Source of the DNA: Epiperipatus broadwayi
Taxonomy: Eukaryota; Animalia; Onychophora
Length of the DNA stretch: 64,000 nt
Direction of reading: 5' to 3'
NCBI GenBank assembly: GCA_028023455.1
Contig: JAQFVV010000010.1
Coordinates: 5,704,001-5,768,000, forward strand
This document shows, one piece after another, positions 54,080 to 64,000 of this stretch. The position numbers were made by a program, and so were the translations under genes. The notes beneath the pieces were generated by a model. The model saw only the letters and a list, made by a program, of their open reading frames with translations. It did not search any database and had not been told where the DNA came from. Position 1 is the stretch's first letter. Each line of letters starts with the position of its first letter.

Positions 54080-57030
54080 AGTTGCTGTATGATGTAGCTA
54101 GAATTGTATGGAAGGGAGTGGCAGTAACAGGGTTAACATATGATAAGGATGCGTTTTGTGTTAGATTACTTAGAAAAAATACAAAGAGAAATAGGAAGAC
54201 ATGCATTAGATGCAGTGTGTGGATGGCAAAGGAGACAATTCAAGGAGAAATGATATGGTCAAGTTTTTATATGAGAGATGCAAAAAGCAAAATGAAAATG
54301 TTTGATAGATTGCAATTTATGGATAATTAGAGAATAATCAAAATAGTATTTAATTGGGTTATAAGTAAAGGACAGGCAATAAGATGGATGAGAAAGGTAG
54401 TATGGTATGCAGAAGATTTGGATAAAGAATTTATGTCAGTATACTTATACAAAATGGGATGATTTTGTTAGGAGAATTGTTGAGTATTATAGTGGCAAGA
54501 AATGGGATAGAAGAATAAATGCATTAATAAAAAATAGGGAGTTGGAGAGAAAGATTTTAAATATATATAGAAGTAAACAGAAGATTGGGTGTGAGTTAAT
54601 TTATGATAATAGCAAGGAAAGTAGTTTACTATTTAAGGCTTGAACAGGATCTTTAGCAACAAAGGAATATATACATAAATGGAAAAACAATATATCTTTC
54701 AAAATAATCACAACTTATTACACCTTTTAAGCAAAAATATTTATTAATTATAATAACAGTTTCGACTGTTCCTCGCAGTCTTTTTCAGATCTCATTCTAT
54801 GCCTCTACTTCTACTTTTCTACCATTTTATTTCAGATATATAAAAAAAAAGATAAATGGAAAAATGTGAGTGAGTATAAGGAAGGCATAGAAAATATTAG
54901 GTATCTGTTAGTTGAATGTAAATGCCTGCAAGCAGAAAGAGTACAAATAATGAAGTTGTGGAATAAATATAAAGAAAATGATTATATAGAAAGTGGATTC
55001 TTGGATTTTATACTGGGTTTTTTGGTAAACGATAAGGGGGATTTAGATATTAAGGCATTGGAGTTGACAAAGATTATATTGTAGAAATGGGATGGAACAG
55101 GATAGAGAAGAATATGGGAAAAATGTAGAATGAGGAATGGAAAGGGAAGGTAAAATGACTAACAGGTTACTATGGGCATAGTGGCTGAGAGATTCCTGAC
55201 TCCAAAAAGAAGTCATAGTGCATCACATCGCATCATCACATAAATTATTTTCTGATGATATGTTGTGCACAGAAAGTTAGGATAAGATACAGTAGTTATG
55301 CCGAAGATTTTCACAAGGGTCGGTAAAAAGATGGAGATTAAATTTACTGAAGAAAAATCAAAAGAAATGACGATAAATGCTGGGGAAAGAGAAGAGAAAG
55401 AATTTTTATTGGGGGATATAAAGTTAAATATGATGAATAGACATAATTATTTGGGAATCATTTTAAGTATTCAGAAAAATTGCTTGCATTTAATGGGAGA
55501 AAAAATTGATGCAAAGAAAAGAAAGAGACATAAAGAAATTAACAGTGTTTTCATATAATAAATATGATGTAGCAAGAATTGTATGGAAGGGAGTGGCAGT
55601 AACAGAGTTAACTTATGGTAATAATGCATTGTGTGTTAGTAAAGGGTGTTAGATTATTTAGAAAAAGTACAAAGAGAAGTAGGAAGACATGCATTAGATG
55701 CAGATGTGTGGATGGCAAAGGAGACAATTCAAGGAGAAATGGAATGGTCAAGTTTTTATATGAGAGATGCAAAAACCAAAATGAAAATGTTTGTTAGATT
55801 GCAATTTATGAATAATAAGAGAATAGCCAAAATAGTATTTAATTGGGTTATGAGTAAAGGACAGGCAACAAGATGGTGTGAAAAGTAGTATGGTATGCAG
55901 AAGATTTGGATAAACACTTTATGTCAGTGTACTTGTACAAAAGATGAGATGATTGTGTTAGGAGAATTGTTGAGTATAATAGTGGCAAAGAATTGGATAG
56001 AAGAATAGATGCATTAGTAAAAATTAGGGAGTTGGAAAGATGGAGAACAAGTATGAAAAGTAAGAAGAGTTTAAATATATATAAAAGTAAACAATATTGG
56101 ATGCAAATTAATTTATGATAATAGAAAAGAAAGGTTGTTTACTGTTTAAGGCTCAAACAGGGTCTTTAGCAACAAGGGAATATGCACATAAATAGGAAAA
56201 TATGGGTGATTTAGTCTGCAAGTTATGTAAGGAAGGCATCAGAAATATTAGGTATCTGATAATTGAATATAAATGTTTACAAGCAGAGGGGACAAATAAT
56301 GAATTTGTTGAAGAATAAATATAAACAAAGTGATTATACAGAAAATGGGTTCTTGGTTTTTGTTATGGGTTTTGGAAAGGATAAGAGGAATTTAGATGTA
56401 AACGCCATAGGGTTGTCAAAGATTATGTTGTGGAAATAGGATGGAGCAGGATAGGGGAATAACCGGGTGGGGAATGGAAAGGGAAGGTAACGTGGCTAAC
56501 AGGTTTCTCTGAGCATAGTGACTGAGAGATTCCTGACTCCAGAAAGGAAAAGCCATAGTACATCACATCACAACATCACGTGTTGTGAAAATGGGATGGA
56601 TCAGGATAGAGAAGAATATGGGAAAAACTTAGGGTGGCGAATGGAAAGGGAAGGGAAGGTGGCTAACATGTTTTTCTGAACATAGTGGCTGAGAGATTCC
56701 TGACTCTGAGAAAGGAGAAGCTATAGTGCATCACAACTTACAAGCAGAAAGGTTACAAAGAATGAAGTTGTGGGAGAATAAATATAAACAAAATGATTAT
56801 ACAGAAAGTGGGTTATTGGTTTTTATGCTAGGTTTAGAAAAAGATAAAGGAGAGTTAGATATAAAGGCCATAGAGTGAACCAAAATGATATTATGGAAAT
56901 GGATGGAGAAGAATATGGGAAAAACTTAGGATGGGGAATGGGAAGATAAGGTGGCTAACAGGTCTCTGGGCATAGTGGCTGAGAGATTCCTGACTTCGAT
57001 AAAGGAGAAGCCATTGTGCATCGCGTCGCA
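54080..57030 (+). mobile_element. Second array of same-orientation truncated copies of the 12.2-16.7 kb non-LTR family
   Basis: Repeated DVARIVWKGVAV, IQGEMEWSSF and YDNSKESSLLFKA segments. 3' tails (GTGCATCACATC..) at about 55240, 56580, 56735 and 57030. Confidence 0.85.
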
Positions 57031-57654
57031 TGTGATTATGTAAAAAGAAATATCTTGAAAAGATTCCATAAAAGAATGAAAACCTGATTGATATATTAAA
57101 TAATTTTTTTATTTATAGTGAGTTATGTGTTTCAATTTTGTTTTAAATTGGTTATTTTTTATTATATATATAAAAAGCAACATTACAGACAAATTTTAAC
57201 ATTGAAATTTGATCATTTAAAGTATATACTCTCTCTATAGTAGAACATTTATATAAATTTTAAATGTTACAAACAATTATATAGCTGTAGTAGAACAATC
57301 AAGGCTTTCATAGGAAATGTTTGACCTGGCATATGCTTAATTAAAATTTAGCAATGTAGAGAGAAGTTATTGTATATCTGTTTATTTAAATATTCTTTGA
57401 GCACATTAATGAATTAACATTATGTATACATAAATTTATCTTATTATTTAGATATCTAACACACATGTGAACACATATGTATGACTTTAAAGAACATATT
57501 ATGTGCCCACTATCCTTTAGTATACACAATCTATTTATATAAGTAAATATTGTTATAATAAATTTACCCAGATATATGTAAAACTATTTATGCTATATAT
57601 ATATAATAATAATATTATAAATCGATGTCTGTATTTCTTTGAAACAATATACAT

Positions 57655-57821
57655 AATCTTATAATTAAATATTAGGAAATACAGCAATCAAAAATTTTGA
57701 AAAATACAAAAAGTATAATTGTCACTTAGGAGCGCTTTCAAATTATATTTTTTGAACTATTATTTTTTGTATTTTTTAAAATTTTTGATTACTGTATTTA
57801 CTAATATTTAATTATAAGATT
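57655..57821. repeat. AT-rich imperfect inverted repeat (~60-bp arms)
   Basis: AATCTTATAATTAAATATTAG.AAATACAG.AATCAAAAATTTT matches its reverse complement at 57770-57821. Confidence 0.7.
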
Positions 57822-58299
57822 ACATACATATATATATTCAACCCAGTTATGCACCGTATATCAACATTTATATTGTCTAAAATGAAATTTTTATTTAGTT
57901 ATGTATTTAAAAGCATTATTGAAAAAAATACGATAAAAAATTTAAATATTAATTTAGAAATTATTTTAAATATTGTTTAAACCATTAAAAACATATTAGT
58001 TTATAATTAATATACATCATTAAATTTTTTTTTAAATAAATATTTTCAATTTTTTTACTTTTGGAATCAATTTTATATGGAACAGAAATAGTTAAAATCA
58101 AAGTTAAGTATCCCAAGTTTTGTACAAAATAAGACTAAAGACAGTGAAATGACAAAATGACAATGATTATAGATTTTTAAAACGTGACATTAGATTTAAA
58201 TACATTTTTAGAATTGTAGCAAGTTGTAAATAAAATGATGCTTCACAAAGACATTCTCCTAATTGTTATGCAGCACATTATTGGAAAATCAAGGATTAT

Positions 58300-59800
58300 T
58301 AATTATTTAGAAAAACAATATCATTTTCAATTGACATTGAGGATTTTTCGGATGGCAAATTTAAGTGATTAATTAAGATTTTATTAGATAGTGGAGCCTT
58401 AAAGATAGGAGTAGCAATTAATTAATTATAATGATAATAGCAAAAAGTTTGATAATACACAATTTGCTAATATTAGTATATTGTTTGTAAAATTAAGAAT
58501 TATAGTTTTTCATATACCCTTTGATATTATTATCCAGTGTTTATTAATGAGATAGAATTGACATTCTTTTAACTCTAGAAGCCACAAAATAAGCATTGAG
58601 TAAAATCAGTAGTTAAATGATAGTAAAACCAGACTTGCTTTTTGGCTTTTTTGAAGAGGCATGTGCTGTAAGTCAACTGGGTCTGCCAACTTAGTACTTG
58701 TAGCATCTTTTTGTTAAAAAACAAAAGTTATCTACAGATAATTTTTAACTGAAATCATAAAATATAAACTTATCAATTTAATGTCAGATCCATTTAATTA
58801 TAAGTTCAAAATTCTTAGAATATTTGTGATTATTTCAAAGCATTAAATTGATTAGCAGGACAAGAATAAAAGCTTAGTCACAAGAGTGGGGTATTAAGAA
58901 AATTTTTGTCAGGGGTACAAAAGCCATAATGTAATAGAGATCAGGTTTATTACCATCTACTGTTAACTGATTATATTCAGTGATTGTTTTTATTCATCTT
59001 AAATTAAGATGTATTCTATAGTTGGATTCTATGTAATTCAGAATCAGACTTCTTTGAGTCAAGTCTGAGTAATATTTCCCACAAGATGTATTCAGATACA
59101 GTCTTAATCAGGTGTACACTGACAGTTTGTTTTTGATGTAAAGATGAAGTACTTAATTTTAGAGAACTAGATCAGAAATACATTAACTAAGATTGATAAT
59201 AAGAATCATGTAAGACTTACTTACCTTGACAAGAAGTGCTTTCAAAATTTGCTTTTGATTTTGAAAATCTTTAATAATTCTAGACATGAAGATGCAATTT
59301 GGGTTTTAACTACTACCAGTTGAGAAAGTATTACTGATACATATTGCAAATTCTCACTCGGAATTTTTTATAGGAATTATTTCAACTGCAGTTGAATTGT
59401 GTCAGTTTTGAGAATATCTTTAAAAATTAGATTGTTGAATTGAAGTTCTCTCTTAATGAAGTTAGTCCATTAACTGCATCTAATGAAAAAGATATTGGTT
59501 TTTGTGTGAATAAACAATGGCATGCGTAATATGTTTCTAACATTTATACTTTACAGGATAGATCACTTGTTAAACCCGAGAAAAATAACTTTATCAAACT
59601 TTTTTTGGATCTGATTTCTGATTGTCACTTTTATTTTTTAAATTGTCAAATTTTTGAATTGAGTTGATGATGTCAAAGGAATAACAAAAACAATGGAATA
59701 CTATGGCATGCATATTTTTATATTGAATAAATTGGCTATTACATGAATATGTTTTTTGCCAATATTGAAACAACAATTGGTGACTTCTTCTATTCCAATT
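58300..59800 (-). mobile_element. Possible very decayed Gypsy gag/pol remnant
   Basis: Eroded NTPLL (SP-LV-like), NGS-IKL and DATS RT-like motifs, with a Cys/His-rich stretch near 59.7 kb. Confidence 0.3.
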
Positions 59801-60858
59801 TTATTCCTTTTGCTTAGAAAGCAAAGCAAATCTTGACTGCAGTAAAATAATAATCATCTGCATTTGTTGTATTTCAACTATCATCCAGTCTTATTTTAAG
59901 GGTTCTCATCTATAATTATACAAACATGCTGCTACAATTCTGGAAATTTTATGATAGTAAGAAGGTAAACCTACAATTTTTATTTGGTTCGTTTACATTG
60001 TGTAAGTTTTTTTCATTAATTTTATTTTTTCAGAATGAATGGAATAGTCTGATTGTTTTTAAAAATTGTTTCATATTATTTTGTCTGGAGAATTTCCTGC
60101 TGTATTCATTATATTACACAATTTTTCATTAGGAAAAAAAATCAAAATAAAATATCTGATATTGCATTTGAAAAAAAAAGCCTATATATTTAGATAAGTA
60201 ATTCAATAGCATAGAAAGGAACTTAGTCTTGCATAGAAATTATTTGTTATGTTTTCTTTTATAAGATGAATATTAGATAATCAGGTTTTATCACATCACT
60301 ATTACTGCAAAATAAGTAGGACATGGTTTGAATTGAAAACAAAGTCATTCAGTTTTTTTTTTTAAATTATGAAAGTTAAACAATGAAACTTTAAGAAATA
60401 TGGTTGTGGAGAGTATATTTACAAGAAGGTTAACATTAAGAAAAATAACTGATTTTGGATTAATAAAAACAATATGCTAAATATACCATTCCTCATATAA
60501 TTGGCCTTAAACATATTAATAAATGATATAAGCTAAATATGTAATAAAAATAGAATTTCTAAAAAAGACTACTAAGAAAGTTGAAGGGTAGATGAATGAA
60601 TAAAAAAAAAGACATTTGAAAATTTTAGGGTGTTTATGCAATTTATTTGAATAACAGGATTTAAATACAGTATCATGGATGAGATCATATTTATTAAATA
60701 TAAAATATTGAATATGGTGTGATTATTATGCAAACAGCATTTTAGTTAAATATTCTAATAAAAATGATATCAACTTAAAAATCATGATTATACTTATAAA
60801 TACTGAAAAATTGTTTATTTAAAATAAATGTTAATTTAACATATATATATTATTCTAG

Positions 60859-60969
60859 GTTGTATCTGGTATTATGTATCATCTTTCATTGTATATGGGG
60901 CTGACAGAATGTCCAAATGATGGAACCAATAAATCTTGTGAAGAATGCCATATTTCAGAAAATGAAAAA
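60859..60969 (+). CDS. Cystatin-like protein, exon 4 (completes QTQ|VVSG motif)
   Basis: CTAG acceptor; VVSGIMYHLSLYMGLTECPNDGTNKSCEECHISENEK; donor AAA|GTAAAT; 37 codons, phase 0/0. Confidence 0.9.
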
Positions 60970-61066
60970 GTAAATATTTAAAAAAAAATTTTTTTTTTAA
61001 CTTTTAAGAAATAAAATTAGCAACTAAATGTTTATCATTGAGTAAAACCAATTATTTTTTTTAAAG

Positions 61067-61195
61067 GTGAAGAAATGTAATGTTGAAGTGTGGGAACAAG
61101 TCTGGCTGACACCACCTCGTAAATTACATCAATTTGAATGTAAGCCCAGTTCTTTTTCCAAATTAGGAAAGCCTAGAAAGCCAAGAGATATTATG
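61067..61195 (+). CDS. Cystatin-like protein, exon 5 (end of domain 2); 3' boundary uncertain
   Basis: AAAG acceptor after a 97-nt intron; VKKCNVEVWEQVWLTPPRKLHQFEC (C..V...[P/V]W...C). Candidate donor ATG|GTAATT at 61195; otherwise the ORF runs to a stop at 61300. Confidence 0.8.
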
Positions 61196-62095
61196 GTAAT
61201 TAAAAGTTTTTTAAATATATATGTTCAGGCACTCGCAGAGTGTTTTTCACATGTTATGTCACACATACAACAAAACAATTTTTTATTTTTGGTAAATTAA
61301 AATTTCAAATATATTCTTATTTATTTCATTTGAACAGGAATATATATATTTTCCTGGAATTTTCTTTTCTTCTATATTTAAAATTATAATTACATATTGT
61401 CTATAAAAATATGTGTAGAAGTATAGCAATAAACACCTCCAGGATTTTTAAAACATCATAGGCTGCTGAAAAAATAATAGTATCTATTAATTTTAATATC
61501 TGTTGCATACACATTTATATGCTGTAAATCATATTAAAAATTTAGATTTATATTATATTTTTATAATAAAAGATTATTGATTAAATTTTTTTTAACATTT
61601 GTGTCAGATTTTTAATAATAATAAATTCAGTGAATTAATTTAAATTTTTTTTCTTTTTTCAGATAAGTTTTTAGTTTGTTTTTTTTAAAAAATGTATCAA
61701 CAAATTTTAATCATTAATATTCTAATTTTATTGAACAGTATATTAATAAAATTAGAAATAAAATGAATTTTAAAAAGTTAGTTATTAAATTTTGCTGGCA
61801 CATTTTTTCTTTTCATCTGTAGAACAAAATGAAAATCTTGATACAAATGTAATTGGATAATTTTATTTTGTAGCTTAAAGTGATAAAGTAAGAAAATAAA
61901 AATAAATGCACACATCAAGCAAATGTTATGAAATTTTTATTGCACTAAGGAAGAGCAATGAAATTTTTATATTTTATTATTGATTACATTGTACACAATC
62001 CATGATCTCATAAATCATTTTAATGAATATAATTGCAACATATATTGATTATTCTTTTATAATATATATAAATGTAATATGTATATATATGTTTT

Positions 62096-63484
62096 GGTGC
62101 TAGTATTATAGCCAAAGACGCCGTTCGATGGCGCCATTTTCACGCTAAAACTATAAAATATGAACATCCCCAGGCCGTTGATTTTAATCATTTTGATGTG
62201 TTTTTTGTAATGCGAAAGTAAAAACAAAACAAAATCGTTTTTTTTTAAATATTATTTTTTATTAACATATACAAATTAAATGATAACAATAAATGTAAAA
62301 TAAAATCTACGAATTACAATTTGATTCGTGTTTTTTAGTTTGCTTTATTAGAAAAATCAATTTTTTATTGGATATTTTTTTAGTGGGGTTACGGCTTTTT
62401 TTTGTTGTTGTTGTTTAAAAACTCATAATCGGAATAAAAAGTAAAATTTCTTAGTTTTCCTTTTAAATTTTAATTTTTACAGAGAAACAAATATTATTGT
62501 GTTACCGTTATTTTTTACTTTTTTAGTCTTCGTTTTACATTTTAATTTTTTACAAACAGATATTACCGCTATTTTTTACTTCAAATAGAATGACAACAAA
62601 AAGTAAAAGTTGTTAGGATTAGGTTTAGGGTTAGTTTTAGGGTTAGGTTTAGGGTTAGTTTTAGGGTTAGGGTTAGGTTTAGGGTTAGTTTTCTGTTGTT
62701 TGTAATGCTAAAATAAAAAATATCTAAGTCATACTTTTTGTAAATATTTTTTTTTATTAACATACATAAAATAAATGATAACAATAAATGTAAAATATAT
62801 TCAACAAAGTATAACAGTAGTCGGAAAAAAAAAAGAAAGTAAAAGTTTTTTAAACAACAACAAATATATATATAAAATATCTTCTTTACTTATTAACCAT
62901 GTTTATAATATATGCTTTTTATGAAAGTTAAAAAAAGAGTGTAGAATTGTACTTTTCTTACTGGATATTTTTGTATTACCGCTATTTTTTACTTCAAAAA
63001 TAAACATACAGTAGAATATTGTTTGTCTCGTGGAATATTATGAACAGTACATTACTTGATGCGTTACCTAATTCCAACTCACTTTACACATATATCTTGT
63101 CAACATTTTCCCATTTAAAACTTCAATACAGTACGTTGCAAAAAGTCTGATAATTATTACTTTAGAAAATCTGAACATTTCAATACTTTAAAATAAAAAA
63201 AATTCGATCAAAACAACATTTTCATCTAATTCAAACAAACACACCCTCTCCCCAAGCCGTAACAATGGTATTAACTGTGCGAATTCGCCAAATTTATTTG
63301 CTGCGATGCGACATACATGCTGTACTGCGACGCGACATAGCGGTCTGCAATCTGTAGCACAACAAAAAAGTTGTATTATAGAAAATGCGGGTTCGAACGT
63401 GTCGGCCACGGAAACGACATTTTTATGTGTTTTAGCACGAAAACGGTACCATCGAGCAGCGTCTTTGGCTATAAGACTAGGACC
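62096..63484 (-). mobile_element. Non-autonomous Merlin-related element carrying a telomere-like array
   Basis: ~50-bp TIRs GGT(G/C)CTAGT(A/C)TTATAGCCAAAGACGC; perfect 8-bp TSD TATGTTTT at 62088-62095 and 63485-63492; shares the Merlin subterminal motif (reverse complement) at ~63400-63440. Confidence 0.88.
62613..62690 (+). repeat. TTAGGG-variant array, 13 hexamers
   Basis: TTAGGA TTAGGT TTAGGG TTAGTT TTAGGG TTAGGT TTAGGG TTAGTT TTAGGG TTAGGG TTAGGT TTAGGG TTAGTT. Confidence 0.95.
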
Positions 63485-64000
63485 TATGTTTTAAACAGAG
63501 TAATTATCTTTTAAAACATTATTATCCAAGGATGCTTTAAGTGTAATAAATCAGACTTATGACAATCAAATATTAAAAAACAATCAAGCAGTTTTAACAA
63601 ACAAATTTTAAAGCATGTTCACTTGCACCCTATTAAATCTTTGTATTAAAATTAGTGATGTACCAAACTTTTTGACTTTTCCTATTATTTGATTCATTAT
63701 GTACAATGCTAATTATCTGAAGACATCAATCATGTTCAGAATTTTTTTCATGACAATAGAAAGCAGAATTAATTATTAGATGGATAAGTTTTGTTGACCA
63801 TCCTAAATCATTTGAAAAGGTTTCTGAAGAGATTATTATTTGTTTTATATAATAAATTTGCTGATCATAATTATGTATTGAAAAATTTTGCTACTACTTT
63901 GTGGTATTTTAAGAGTTCATTTACTCTACTACAGACAAATTGAATTCTAGTTGCTATATAACTAATTTAAAATGCACATCATTTAGCTTTTATCTGAATA

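Noticed and set aside
62581-62784. ORF with LTLNLTLTLKL repeats
   Set aside because: Simply the translation of the TTAGGG-variant array.

Overview
Very AT-rich, repeat-dense animal (probably invertebrate) genomic DNA; no prokaryotic operons, CRISPR arrays or rRNA. One host gene is supported: a secreted multi-domain cystatin-like gene on the + strand. It has five exons in the window (17236-17472, 22304-22417, 49560-49832, 60859-60969, 61067-~61195), all joined by phase-0 GT-AG introns of about 4.8, 27.1, 11.0 and 0.1 kb, and may continue beyond the window (multicystatin or cathepsin F-like). Domain 1 has lost all three papain-inhibitory motifs; domain 2 keeps them. Most of the rest is transposon debris: Ty3/Gypsy pol remnants, several LINE types, a Penelope-like element in an inverted duplication, hAT, mariner and possible piggyBac relics, and MITEs with clear TSDs. 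There is also a tRNA-Val-like mini-SINE and four Merlin (ISXO2-like) elements. Three of the Merlins have paired TIRs and share a subterminal motif, and one carries a TTAGGG-variant array. All protein calls come from motif recognition by eye or from the supplied ORF track; boundaries of decayed elements are approximate.
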